Source: Nitrospirota bacterium
GTDB lineage: Bacteria; Nitrospirota; JACRHJ01
Direction: 5' to 3'
Assembly: GCA_963845245.1 (NCBI GenBank)
Contig: CAWJRJ010000012.1
Span: 1 to 64,000 of the forward strand
Length of the DNA stretch: 64,000 nt
The position numbers and the translations under genes are program-made. Within the stretch, counting starts at the first letter, position 1, and every line of letters begins with the position of its first letter. This document shows, piece by piece, positions 42,799-52,488 of this stretch. Under the pieces are notes generated by a model. That model made no database searches, had not been told where the DNA came from, and saw only the letters and a program-made list of their open reading frames with translations.

Positions 42799-43227
42799 AT
42801 GGCTGACAACGACAACAAAGAACTGATGGATTTCCTTGGAAAACAATTTCAAGGCATCGAGAAGCAGTTTGAAGGCATTAACAAAAGGCTGGATAATACC
42901 GCCACCAAAGACGACCTCGCGAATTTCGCTACCAAAGATGACCTCGCGAATTTCGCTACCAAAGAAGACCTCGCGAATTTCGCCACCAAGGAAGACCTGG
43001 AGCTTAAATTTGCGGAGTCAATGCGGCATACCGGTGTCCTCATCGAGGCCGTTGAACGTAAACTTGATATTGTCATTGAAGGTTTAATGACCTCGAACGA
43101 GAGGTTGGACAGGCACGCAGAAGAAAATAAACAGGAGCAGCACGGGCTGGAAAAAAGAATTCTCATTAATGCTGCCGATATCTCCAATCTGGACCAGCGG
43201 GTTGTAAGGTTAGAGGGTAGACCTTAG
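42799..43227 (+). CDS. Small coiled-coil protein with ATKDDLANF repeats
   Basis: ATG after AGGAG; 142 aa; heptad-rich. Confidence 0.8.
   Translation: MADNDNKELMDFLGKQFQGIEKQFEGINKRLDNTATKDDLANFATKDDLANFATKEDLANFATKEDLELKFAESMRHTGVLIEAVERKLDIVIEGLMTSNERLDRHAEENKQEQHGLEKRILINAADISNLDQRVVRLEGRP
42901..42999 (+). repeat. 27-bp in-frame tandem repeat (about 3.7 copies)
   Basis: GCYACCAAAGANGACCTCGCGAATTTC at 42901, 42928 and 42955, partial at 42982. Confidence 0.95.
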
Positions 43228-43257
43228 ACCTGAACCTGGCCCGAAGAACATAAATTC

Positions 43258-43291
43258 AAAAGCCCATCTCTGAAAATAGATGGGCTTTTTT
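43258..43291 (+). terminator. Intrinsic terminator
   Basis: AAAAGCCCATCT-loop-AGATGGGCTTTTTT. Confidence 0.8.
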
Positions 43292-43328
43292 GTTTACCCC
43301 TCTCCCGTACTCAAGATTAAAACAGAAC

Positions 43329-43366
43329 TTTCATAACCCCCTTTGTCCCCCTTGTCTTAAGGGGGA
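43329..43366 (+). repeat. REP-like element, direct repeat of 39846-39883
   Basis: 35 of 38 nt identical to 39846-39883. Confidence 0.85.
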
Positions 43367-43564
43367 GATTAGAGCCCAAAAACGTGTGGAAAACAGGGGT
43401 ATTTTTGCGTGTTTTTTGCGGGAAATGGCCGAAAAATACGTGTTTTTATACATGATTTTTGAAGTTATATACTATATAAATCATATAGTTATACGATGCG
43501 GAGCTTATTGGTAGGAATAACTGAATACAAGGCAAGACACTATAAACAAAAAGAATTACGCCAA

Positions 43565-43580
43565 TGTTCCACGTGGAACA
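43565..43580. promoter_or_regulatory. parS: parS centromere-like site
   Basis: Perfect palindrome TGTTCCACGTGGAACA matching the TGTTNCACGTGNAACA consensus, intergenic. Confidence 0.88.
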
Positions 43581-43622
43581 ATTTTATTTGTGCGAGCAAA
43601 TTACATAAAAAAAGAAGAAAAT

Positions 43623-43649
43623 AAAAAAGCCCGTCAAACGACGGGCTTT
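43623..43649 (-). terminator. Intrinsic terminator (possibly bidirectional)
   Basis: AAAAAAGCCCGTC-AAAC-GACGGGCTTT. Confidence 0.8.
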
Positions 43650-43672
43650 GAATCTCAAACCTAAGCGAAAAC

Positions 43673-44188
43673 CTAGAATACCAGCGGGCCGGAAGGGATG
43701 TACTCCTCTTCCTCTTTTTCCTTTATTATCCTCGCCCTGTCCTCTTCCGCTTCTTTCATCGCCGCGCCCACCGCCATCATGTGGTGTATGTAGGTACGCT
43801 TGCGGTTAAGCTCGGTGTAGCGGACGGTGAGGGTGTCCGGGCCTTCTTTTTGGTTGTCCATGTCGAAGGCGACCCTGCACGAAGGGGTCTGGAACCGGAA
43901 GTCCTGCGACATCCGTTCAAGCAGCGCCTCGGCTTCCTGGTGGTTGTTGACGAAGTAAGAGGCCCTGACCTGCCACAGTATGTCGTGGTGGTCGAAGACG
44001 AACTCGATGCTTTGGGCGTACGCCTTCTTTAAAGCCTCTTCGCCAGCCGTGAGGTCATCATTAAGCGGAAGCAGCTTTGCGACCTCATCCTTGCTCATCC
44101 CGAACTTAAGGTCGTATATGTCAAAAATGCACTGCGCCATGTTTTTCTCGTCCAAATTGCACCTGCCTTCCGTTTGATACAAACACAT
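43673..44188 (-). CDS. Hypothetical protein divergent from the tubulin-like gene
   Basis: 171-aa ORF with host-like codon usage, followed by a terminator; start uncertain. Confidence 0.7.
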   Translation of the reverse strand: MCLYQTEGRCNLDEKNMAQCIFDIYDLKFGMSKDEVAKLLPLNDDLTAGEEALKKAYAQSIEFVFDHHDILWQVRASYFVNNHQEAEALLERMSQDFRFQTPSCRVAFDMDNQKEGPDTLTVRYTELNRKRTYIHHMMAVGAAMKEAEEDRARIIKEKEEEEYIPSGPLVF

Positions 44189-44329
44189 CTGCCAATTTTG
44201 GCATTATAAAACATCGCGCCGCATTATTCAATAACAATCAACGCCTTAAAATATTGACTTTAAAGGCCGCAACTGCTAAGATTCTCAGGTGGTTTGAGTG
44301 TTTTGGACGATTTTCGACGTGGAGGCAAA

Positions 44330-45694
44330 ATGGAACAGCAGCAGCATCACCTGAAGATGGTGATAATAGGCCTGGGGCAGTGCGGCGGCAACTTTGCAAA
44401 CGAGTTCGCACGGCAGGGCTACAAGGCCGTTGCCCTGAACACCTCCACGACGGACCTGAAAGACCTGGACGCCATCCCGAACGATAACAGGCTGCATATA
44501 GGGCTGGCGGGCAGAAACGGCGCGGGCAAGGACAGGCGGCTCGGCCAGAAGTCGGTTGCGGCCAGCAAGGACATGATACTGGACCGGGTGCGGAAGCTTG
44601 CGCGCGGGGCGGACGTCCTGCTGCTTGCCGCGGGCATGGGCGGCGGCACCGGCTCGAACCTCGCCGACCTCATCGGCATGCTGTCCCCGCTGGGCATCCC
44701 GCTTTCGTGCCTGGTAACGATACCCACCGAGAGCGAGTCAGGAATAACCAAGGTAAACGCGGTATACGGGCTGAACAGCGTCGTGCGCTCAAAGCTCGCA
44801 AACCTTATAATAATCGACAACAACAAGATCCTGAAGATATTCCCCGAGGCGACCATCTCCGACTTCTACAAGCGGGCGAACCAGCTGGTCGTCAGGACGC
44901 TGGCCGAGTTCAACAGCACCAATGACGAGATGAAGTCGATATCCATCCGCAGCTTCGACTCGGAGGATTTCAGGAAAGTGTTCCTCTCGGGCGGCGTGGT
45001 GGTGTTCGGCGCAAGCTCAGTAAGGGTTGACGACCGCATAACGGAGGATACGCTGCTTGGCAAGCTGAAGCATATCTGGGACTCGTCAGGCCTTCTGGCG
45101 GAAGGGTTCGACTACACCACGGCCTCGCTTGCGGCGGTCATACTCTACGCGCCTTCACAGGTGCTGGAGCGCAGCTCCGCGACGATCTTCGAGAAGCTAA
45201 ACGAGACGATAAAGAAGATAACACAGGGCGCGGCGGTCTATACCGGCATATACCAGATGAAGGAGCCGGGGCCGGTGAAGATCTTCACCATGCTCGGGCG
45301 GCTGTCGCTGCCCAACAGGATAATAAACCTGATGTCGCAGGCGGCGATCGAGGGCGAACACCTGGCCCAGAAGGTAAAACGCAAGATACCCACGCTCGAC
45401 CTGACCGAGATAGAGAGCATGGAGTTCTTCTTCGAGGACGCGCCCGCGTTCGACGAGAAGGCGGCCATGCATATCAGCCGGGCTGACGAGGTCGCCTCGT
45501 GGATGAAGGATCCGGACAAGGAACTCAGGATAAAGGCGGTCACGGCGCTCATGGATGCCACAGGCCCGCAAGCGTCCGCCGCAGTCATATCGCTTTTGAA
45601 CGACCCGGACGAAGAGGTCCGCCTGGAGGCCGCAAGAGTTCTCAGACAGATTTCCCTGAACGAGAACGCCTCCCCGCAGGAAGGAAACGCATAG
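44330..45694 (+). CDS. FtsZ/tubulin-superfamily GTPase with C-terminal HEAT-like repeats
   Basis: GLGQCGGN, NTS--DL, GAGKD, AGMGGGTGS, IIDN, FDSEDF; C-terminal DPDKELRIKAV-AL and LLNDPDEEVRLEAARVL; RBS GGAGG. Confidence 0.88.
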   Translation: MEQQQHHLKMVIIGLGQCGGNFANEFARQGYKAVALNTSTTDLKDLDAIPNDNRLHIGLAGRNGAGKDRRLGQKSVAASKDMILDRVRKLARGADVLLLAAGMGGGTGSNLADLIGMLSPLGIPLSCLVTIPTESESGITKVNAVYGLNSVVRSKLANLIIIDNNKILKIFPEATISDFYKRANQLVVRTLAEFNSTNDEMKSISIRSFDSEDFRKVFLSGGVVVFGASSVRVDDRITEDTLLGKLKHIWDSSGLLAEGFDYTTASLAAVILYAPSQVLERSSATIFEKLNETIKKITQGAAVYTGIYQMKEPGPVKIFTMLGRLSLPNRIINLMSQAAIEGEHLAQKVKRKIPTLDLTEIESMEFFFEDAPAFDEKAAMHISRADEVASWMKDPDKELRIKAVTALMDATGPQASAAVISLLNDPDEEVRLEAARVLRQISLNENASPQEGNA

Positions 45695-45932
45695 GTAAAA
45701 TTATATTTTTTCGGAAGCGGCAGTACCCCGGTTTTACTCCTCACAAAATTCGCAGTCGCAGTACCGCCACCCAGCAACCAAACTCTGCTTCGCAATACAA
45801 TATGTAGGCAATTTTTTTTGGACTAGTACAATATATAGTGTCCTTATTAAGGCAGGTCTCCGGGCCTTTCCGAGACTGTGGAAAAGTGGCCTTTTAAAAA
45901 CCATAAATTCGTTTGTTTTAATGGATTTTATC

Positions 45933-45997
45933 TTGACAATGCATATTTTCGGTGTGTATACTTTGGCGGTAAGTGGGGAAATGTGGGGAATGGTGGC
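45933..45997 (+). promoter_or_regulatory. dcw promoter with MraZ-binding repeats
   Basis: TTGACA-N18-TATACT, then GTGGG/GTGGG/GTGGC at 45973, 45983 and 45993 (10-bp period). Confidence 0.8.
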
Positions 45998-46069
45998 AAA
46001 TGCAATAGCATAAAGAGATAAAAGCCGTTTCCCACAGGCATCAGACCGGCCTAATTGGGAGAACACAAA

Positions 46070-46525
46070 TTGCCCGCCCTTATTAACAGGTTCATAGGAC
46101 ATCACACCTACAGCCTCGATAACAAGGGGAGGGTCAGCATTCCGTCCGACTTCCGGGACGTTCTCGCGGAACGCTACGACGACCGGCTTGTCCTGATGAA
46201 GCATTACGACCGTTGCCTGGTCGCCTACCCTGTTGAGGAATGGCAGAAGCTGGACGAGAAGATAGCGCAACTCCCCGCAAGCGACCCGATGGTCACCAAA
46301 TACCTCCGCAACTTCTACTCCTCGGCAAAGGTCTGCGAACTAGACGGCCAGGGCAGGGTGCTCGTGCCTCCCGCCCTGAAGGTTTACGCGGGGCTTACCC
46401 GCGAAACGGTGATAATAGGCCTGTCCAACAAAATGGAGATATGGGACCTCCAGACCTGGAAAGACGAGAACCCCGAAGAGGACTATTCCGAGGTCAGGGG
46501 CGCAATGGCCTCGTACGGGTTGTAG
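46070..46525 (+). CDS. mraZ: Division/cell wall cluster repressor MraZ
   Basis: F-G-H-YSLD-KGRVSIP, ELD-QGRVLVP, EIWD; TTG start after GGGAG (46055 is an alternative). Confidence 0.95.
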   Translation: MPALINRFIGHHTYSLDNKGRVSIPSDFRDVLAERYDDRLVLMKHYDRCLVAYPVEEWQKLDEKIAQLPASDPMVTKYLRNFYSSAKVCELDGQGRVLVPPALKVYAGLTRETVIIGLSNKMEIWDLQTWKDENPEEDYSEVRGAMASYGL

Positions 46526-47461
46526 TTGCAGTCCCACACCCCGGTCCTCCTGGACGAGTCCCTAAGGTTCCTTGATATAAAGCCTGGCGGGACATATGCC
46601 GACCTGACGCTAGGACTTGGCGGCCACGCCGAAGCAATACTAAGGCTCCTGGGCCCCGACGGAATACTGGTCGGGATAGACCGTGACGCTGAAGCGCTTG
46701 AGGCCGCAGCCATGAGGCTCTCACCATTCAAGGGGCGGACGGTCCTCAGGCATGCCGAGTTCTCAAAAAGTCCGGAGTTGATACGCGAGGCAGGGTTCGA
46801 AAAGGTTGACGGTTTCTTAATGGACCTGGGGGTGTCGATGCTTCAGCTAAAGACTCCGGATCGCGGGTTCAGCTTCTCATCGGCTGCCCCTCTGGACATG
46901 AGGATGGACCGCTCCTCCGGCATTACGGCGGCCAGGCTTATCCAGGATTCGAGCGAAAAAGAGCTAGCGGATATCATTTTCAAGTACGGTGAAGAGCGTT
47001 GGGCCAAGGCGATTGCGAGACGCATAAAAGAGACGGCGGCAACATCGTCAGTCGATACTACAGTCGCCCTCGCTGATATCGTAAAAGGCGCCATACCAAA
47101 AAAGTTCTGGCCGCCAAAGACGCACCCCGCGACCAGGACCTTCCAGGCGCTACGCATTGCGGTGAACGAAGAGCTGGACATCCTTGAGCGCACGCTTGGC
47201 TCGATGATAGACATGCTGGCGCCGGGCGGCAGGGCGGTAGTCATCTCCTACCACTCGCTTGAGGACAGACTTGTGAAACAGGCGTTCAGGGAGCGGGCGA
47301 AGGGCTGCATCTGCCCACCGGATTTTCCCAAATGTGTCTGCGGCGTAAAGCCGGTTTTAAAGGTGCTCACAGGCAGGCCGGTCTTGCCGGCGGAAGAAGA
47401 GACGAGAGACAACCCGAGCGCCAGGAGCGCCAAGCTCCGGGCCGCTGAAAGGCTGGCATAA
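46526..47461 (+). CDS. rsmH: 16S rRNA m4C1402 methyltransferase
   Basis: H-PVLL-E, T-G-GGH, DLGVS, FQALRIAVNEEL, SYHSLEDR, RSAKLR. Confidence 0.97.
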   Translation: MQSHTPVLLDESLRFLDIKPGGTYADLTLGLGGHAEAILRLLGPDGILVGIDRDAEALEAAAMRLSPFKGRTVLRHAEFSKSPELIREAGFEKVDGFLMDLGVSMLQLKTPDRGFSFSSAAPLDMRMDRSSGITAARLIQDSSEKELADIIFKYGEERWAKAIARRIKETAATSSVDTTVALADIVKGAIPKKFWPPKTHPATRTFQALRIAVNEELDILERTLGSMIDMLAPGGRAVVISYHSLEDRLVKQAFRERAKGCICPPDFPKCVCGVKPVLKVLTGRPVLPAEEETRDNPSARSAKLRAAERLA

Positions 47462-47857
47462 ATGCACGACCATTCATCATCGCACCTGTCGAGCCTCAGG
47501 CTTAAAAAGAAACGGCTTTTCAAGAAAGCTGGCACCTATTCGATCGTCCTACTGTGCGCCGCATTCCTTCTTTTCTACGTATGGCAGAGGGTACAGGTCA
47601 TCTCTATCGGATACCAGATAGAGGCCCTCAAGAAGGAAAAGGATTCGTTGTCCAGGACAAACAGGAGCCTTACTATCGAAGCCGCAAGCCTGACCGCTCC
47701 CGACAGGGTGGAGGCTATAGCAAGCAGCGAGATAGGCATGAAGACGCCGAAGGATACCCAGATAATCCTAGTTAAGAGGGTCAATAAAGGCGGGAAGTCC
47801 GTGCCAGACGCGGCGAGCAAGGCCGAAGGACCGACGTCCGGGCCTGGCAGATCCTGA
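47462..47857 (+). CDS. ftsL: Cell division protein FtsL
   Basis: TM helix plus coiled coil, L--P-RVE-IA---GM; between rsmH and ftsI. Confidence 0.88.
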   Translation: MHDHSSSHLSSLRLKKKRLFKKAGTYSIVLLCAAFLLFYVWQRVQVISIGYQIEALKKEKDSLSRTNRSLTIEAASLTAPDRVEAIASSEIGMKTPKDTQIILVKRVNKGGKSVPDAASKAEGPTSGPGRS

Positions 47858-47866
47858 CGGGGTGCA

Positions 47867-49621
47867 GTGGAAGTGGCTAGCCAGTCGGGCGATAAAAGCG
47901 CGGTCATAAGGCCGAGGGCCATACTGGTTGCGGCCATCCTGTTATTAGGCTTCGCTGGAGTGGGTGCAAGGCTTATATATCTCCAGGTACTCAAGCATCA
48001 GTCGCTTTATGCAAAGGCGATAAGACAGCAGCAGGAGATAGTGGAACTCCCGCCGAAGCGGGGCGCGATAACCGACCGGAACGGCAGGGAACTCGCGGTC
48101 AGCATAGACACCGATTCCCTCTATGCAGTACCCGCCGACGTAGACGACCCGAAGTTACTTGCGGCAAAACTGGCACCGGCCTTAGGCCAGGACAGGAAGG
48201 CGGTAGAAGCAAAGCTTACAGGCACCAAGAGGTTCGTCTGGCTGGCAAAGAAGGTAACTCCCGATGTGCCGGCCAAGGTAGCAGCGGCGGGAGATTTCCG
48301 GGATGTCCTGGGATGGCTCCCGGACAGCCGCAGGTACTACCCCAAGAAGGAGCTTGCCAGCCACGTGCTGGGTTTTGTCGGGTCTGAAAACAAGGGGCTT
48401 GAGGGCCTCGAGGCAGCATACGAGAACTACGTCGGCGGCATAGCTGGCAAGGCGGTTACGGAACGGGATGGGACGGGTAAGGAAGTCCTTGCAGTGGACG
48501 AGGGCAAGAACACCCCAAAGCCCGGCTACAACCTGACCCTTACAATAGACGAAAAGATACAGTACATAGTCGAGAAGGAGCTGGACGAGATAATGGCGAA
48601 AAACTCGCCTCTCTCGGCTACTGCGATAGTGATGAACCCGAAGACCGGTGAGATACTCGCGCTTGCCAACAGGCCCGGGTATAACCCGAACAACCTGAAG
48701 GACATCAGCCCGGCGAAATGGCGCGACAGGGCAGTGACCGACCTCTACGAGCCGGGTTCGACGTTTAAGATCGTAACCGCTTCAGCGGCGCTTGAAGAAG
48801 GTGTCGTTAAGCCCACGGACATCATAGACTGCGGCAACGGCGAGATCGAGGTAAGCGGTCGCGTCATACATGACGCGCACAAGGAAGGCGGGCGCAAGAC
48901 GTTCGCCGAGGTCATACAAAAGAGCAGCAACGTCGGTACCATAAAGGTAGCCATGAAGCTAGGCCAGGCCAAGCTCTACAAATATGCCACGGCGTTCGGT
49001 TTCGGGCGTAGGACCGGGGTCGACCTTCCCGGAGAGGTGCCTGGTGTGCTCAGGGACCTTAAGTACTGGTCCGGGATGTCGCTTGCCTCGGTCGCGATCG
49101 GGCAGGAGGTGGACGTGACTGCCGTCCAGATGTTGTCGGCGCTCAACTGCATCGCCAATGGCGGCTGGTACGTTAAGCCATATATAGTGTCCGAGATAAA
49201 GTCCGACACCGGCGAGGTTATAAAGAGGCCGGAGCGCGAAGCGCCGCGCCAGGTGGTATCAAAGGCGACCGCGACAAAACTCGCCGCTATACTCAGCAAT
49301 GTGGTGGAGGACGGCGGCACTGCGGTCGAAGCGCGGATACGCGGCTGGCAGGTGGCGGGCAAGACCGGTACGGCGCAAAAGTACGACCCTGCCATCAGGC
49401 GTTACTCTAAAGAGAAATACATAGGTTCCTTTGTGGGCTTCGCACCGGCGGAAGACCCAAGGATTTCCGCGATTGTAGTCGTGAACGAGCCCAGGGGGCA
49501 GTATTACGGCGGGCTGGTTGCCGCGCCGGCGTTCAAGAACATAGTGGAGAAGACGCTGACTTACATGAGGGTACCTTCAAGGCTCCCGGAACAGACCATA
49601 CTGGTGGAAACCGGCAGATGA
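47867..49621 (+). CDS. ftsI: Class B penicillin-binding protein FtsI/PBP3
   Basis: RG-I-DRNG, EPGSTFK, SSN, KTGTAQK. Confidence 0.95.
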   Translation: MEVASQSGDKSAVIRPRAILVAAILLLGFAGVGARLIYLQVLKHQSLYAKAIRQQQEIVELPPKRGAITDRNGRELAVSIDTDSLYAVPADVDDPKLLAAKLAPALGQDRKAVEAKLTGTKRFVWLAKKVTPDVPAKVAAAGDFRDVLGWLPDSRRYYPKKELASHVLGFVGSENKGLEGLEAAYENYVGGIAGKAVTERDGTGKEVLAVDEGKNTPKPGYNLTLTIDEKIQYIVEKELDEIMAKNSPLSATAIVMNPKTGEILALANRPGYNPNNLKDISPAKWRDRAVTDLYEPGSTFKIVTASAALEEGVVKPTDIIDCGNGEIEVSGRVIHDAHKEGGRKTFAEVIQKSSNVGTIKVAMKLGQAKLYKYATAFGFGRRTGVDLPGEVPGVLRDLKYWSGMSLASVAIGQEVDVTAVQMLSALNCIANGGWYVKPYIVSEIKSDTGEVIKRPEREAPRQVVSKATATKLAAILSNVVEDGGTAVEARIRGWQVAGKTGTAQKYDPAIRRYSKEKYIGSFVGFAPAEDPRISAIVVVNEPRGQYYGGLVAAPAFKNIVEKTLTYMRVPSRLPEQTILVETGR

Positions 49622-51096
49622 AATTAAATGATTTATTGAAAAATATAGAAGTACTGAAAATCGAGGGCAATGCAGGCATCGATGTGTCCAACGTTGTTTA
49701 TGATTCCAGAAAGGCCATTGCCGGATGCATCTTTGCGGCGGTAAAGGGCGTGAAGGCCGATGGGAACATATTTATAGAGATGGCTGTAGAAAAAGGTGCC
49801 GTGGCGGTGCTCCACCAGGACTACGAAGGGCCAAGGTCAAACGGTGTCACCTATATACGCGTTCCGGACGCAAGGCGCGCCATGGCGTTGGCCGCTGCTA
49901 ACCTGCATGGCCATCCTTCTTCAAGGCTGAAGCTGATAGGTATCACCGGCACCAACGGGAAGACGACGACATCGTATCTGATAAAGTCCGTTATAGAGAG
50001 CGCCGGAGGCAAGGCAGGGCTGTTGGGGACGATCAGCTATGTGCTCGGCGAGGAAAAAATCGACGCGCCGAACACAACACCGGAGTCAGTTGATCTTCAG
50101 GAGTACCTGAATAGGATGGTAGAAGCCGGAGCAGGATTTGCCGTGCTTGAGGTCTCGTCGCACGCAGTATCGCTTGACAGGATAGCGGGCTGCGAATTCG
50201 CGGTAAAGGTGTTCACGAACTTTACGCAGGACCATCTGGATTTCCACGGGACCATGGATGAATACTACTCGGCAAAGAAGGAGCTTTTCACGGGGTATGA
50301 TGGGGCAAATATCATAAACCTGGACGACCCGCGCGGTGTCGACCTTGCGTCAAGCTCCAAAGGCCGGACCCTTACCTACGCAATAAATGAAAGAGCGGAT
50401 ATCCGCGCGACTGACATTAACCTGGGCCCGTCAGGCCTTTCGTTTGTTATGGATACTCCTGAAGGGGTGGTAAAGATAATTTCCCCTCTCGTCGGAAGGC
50501 ATAACGTGTACAACATACTAGCCGCCGCAGGCGCATGTATCGCGGCAGGTATAAGCCCTTCCGAGGTTGCATCCGGCATTGCCGGTATGCGCGAGGTGCC
50601 CGGCCGCCTGGAGAAGATAGATGCGGGTCAGGACTTCGTGGTGCTTGTGGACTATGCGCATACCGAGGACGCGCTGGAGAGGGTACTGGTTACCGCGAGG
50701 GAGTTTACGAAGGGTAGGCTGATCACCGTATTCGGGTGCGGCGGAGACCGCGACAAGACAAAGAGGCCGCTCATGGGCAGAGTCGCCGCACGACTGTCGG
50801 ACATGGTAGTCCTCACCTCGGACAACCCGCGCACCGAGCCGCCAAACGAGATACTCGCTCAGGCCGAGGCCGGAATTATCGAGGAAGGCTCGAAGTCCAA
50901 GGGCGATGGCTACTTCATACTGGAAGACAGGGCGGAGTCGATAGATTTCGCCATAGGCGCAGCAAGGCCAGATGATACCGTACTTATAGCCGGGAAGGGC
51001 CACGAGGACTACCAGATAATCGGGGAACGCAAGTTCCATTTCGACGACAGGGAATCTGCGAGGCAGTCGGTACTCAAGAGGCTAAAATGCGCATAG
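49618..51096 (+). CDS. murE: UDP-MurNAc-tripeptide synthetase (meso-DAP type)
   Basis: GTNGKTT, EVSSH, DYAHT, DNPR, AGKGHE. Confidence 0.97.
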   Translation: MKLNDLLKNIEVLKIEGNAGIDVSNVVYDSRKAIAGCIFAAVKGVKADGNIFIEMAVEKGAVAVLHQDYEGPRSNGVTYIRVPDARRAMALAAANLHGHPSSRLKLIGITGTNGKTTTSYLIKSVIESAGGKAGLLGTISYVLGEEKIDAPNTTPESVDLQEYLNRMVEAGAGFAVLEVSSHAVSLDRIAGCEFAVKVFTNFTQDHLDFHGTMDEYYSAKKELFTGYDGANIINLDDPRGVDLASSSKGRTLTYAINERADIRATDINLGPSGLSFVMDTPEGVVKIISPLVGRHNVYNILAAAGACIAAGISPSEVASGIAGMREVPGRLEKIDAGQDFVVLVDYAHTEDALERVLVTAREFTKGRLITVFGCGGDRDKTKRPLMGRVAARLSDMVVLTSDNPRTEPPNEILAQAEAGIIEEGSKSKGDGYFILEDRAESIDFAIGAARPDDTVLIAGKGHEDYQIIGERKFHFDDRESARQSVLKRLKCA

Positions 51097-51105
51097 GGAT
51101 GCAGG

Positions 51106-52488
51106 ATGTTCAGCCTTAAGGATATCATAGCGGCGACCGGGGGGAAGGCATCTCCCTCGTGTCCGGGTTCATTTACGCGTATTTCTACGGACACCCGCAC
51201 AATAGGCGTGGGAGAGCTGTTTGTCCCGCTGGTGGGCGGAAACTTCGACGGCCACGATTTCATGGAAGCGGCGTTCGAGAAAGGAGCCGTTTGCGCGGTC
51301 TGTCAATCCGGGCGGGAGATCACAAAGTTAAAGGGCAAGCACTTAATAGAGGTGCCCGATACATTGCGGGCACTTCAGGATATAGCCGCTTACATAAGAG
51401 CGAAAATGGAAAACCTTCTGGTGGTCGGCATCACAGGCACGAACGGCAAGACCACCACGAAGGAGATGCTGGCCTCTATACTGTCCTTGCGCGGGCCTGT
51501 CCTAAAAAACGAGGGCAACTTAAACAACGAGATCGGTGTGCCTCTGACGCTCCTGAGGCTGGACGGTTCGCACTGGGCATCGGTGGTTGAGATGGGCATG
51601 AGCGGATTCGGAGAGATCAAGAGGCTTGCCGAGATAGCCCGGCCATCGATAGGCGTGATTACCAACATAGGTCCCGGCCACCTGGAGAAACTCGGGAGTA
51701 TCGAAGGTGTCGCCCGCGCGAAAGCCGAACTCATAGATGGACTGCCAAAGGACGGCAAGGCTGTATTGAATATCGATGACCGCTTCCTTAAGTTACTGGC
51801 CGATACAAACGGTGAAAGGCTCGTGTCTTATGGTCTCCTGGCCGGCGCGTCGGTTACCGCATCCGGGATTGAAGAGTCCGAGGAAGGCATTGGCTTCAGG
51901 CTTATAACCCCGGCCGGCGCGGTTGATGTGAACCTTCCGGTCATAGGTGTGCATAACGTCTATAACGCGCTTGCCGCCGCCGCTGCGGCCTGGGCCGCCG
52001 GCCTGTCAGTCGCAGAGGTCAAGGAAGGTCTGGAGAAGTTCAGGCCGGTCAAGATGCGTATGGAGACGATGGAGATAGGCGGGGCCAGGGTAATAAACGA
52101 CGCATACAACGCAAACCCCGCCTCGATGGCTGCTGCACTCACCGCGCTCGCGTCGGTAAAGGAAGCAAGGAAGATAGCCGTGCTAGGAGATATGCTGGAA
52201 CTTGGTTCTACGGCGGCAAAGTCGCACTTTGACGTAGGACGGCTTGCCGGCGCAGAGGGGCTGGCCCTTCTGGTGCTTGTAGGCTCACATGCGCAGGATA
52301 CCGCGCGCGGGGCGGCCGAGGCCGGCATGGAAGAGGGCAGGATCATCATCGTATCCGGCGCGGAAGAGGCGGCTGCCGTGCTCTCCGAAAAGATGAGGCA
52401 CGGCGACAACATACTTGTAAAGGGTTCCCGCTCCATGAAGATGGAGAGGATCATTGAAATCTTGAGGTCAAGGAGACTGGTGGCCTGA
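51106..52488 (+). CDS. murF: UDP-MurNAc-tripeptide--D-Ala-D-Ala ligase
   Basis: GKTTTKE, NNEIGVP, DAYNANP-S, GDMLELG, KGSR. Confidence 0.97.
   Translation: MFSLKDIIAATGGKASPSCPGSFTRISTDTRTIGVGELFVPLVGGNFDGHDFMEAAFEKGAVCAVCQSGREITKLKGKHLIEVPDTLRALQDIAAYIRAKMENLLVVGITGTNGKTTTKEMLASILSLRGPVLKNEGNLNNEIGVPLTLLRLDGSHWASVVEMGMSGFGEIKRLAEIARPSIGVITNIGPGHLEKLGSIEGVARAKAELIDGLPKDGKAVLNIDDRFLKLLADTNGERLVSYGLLAGASVTASGIEESEEGIGFRLITPAGAVDVNLPVIGVHNVYNALAAAAAAWAAGLSVAEVKEGLEKFRPVKMRMETMEIGGARVINDAYNANPASMAAALTALASVKEARKIAVLGDMLELGSTAAKSHFDVGRLAGAEGLALLVLVGSHAQDTARGAAEAGMEEGRIIIVSGAEEAAAVLSEKMRHGDNILVKGSRSMKMERIIEILRSRRLVA

Noticed and set aside
42901..42999. Possible CRISPR array
   Set aside because: Contiguous in-frame 27-bp tandem units without spacers and no cas genes
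43290..43620. AT-rich gap as oriC
   Set aside because: Only one DnaA-box match, no box cluster and no dnaA or dnaN nearby
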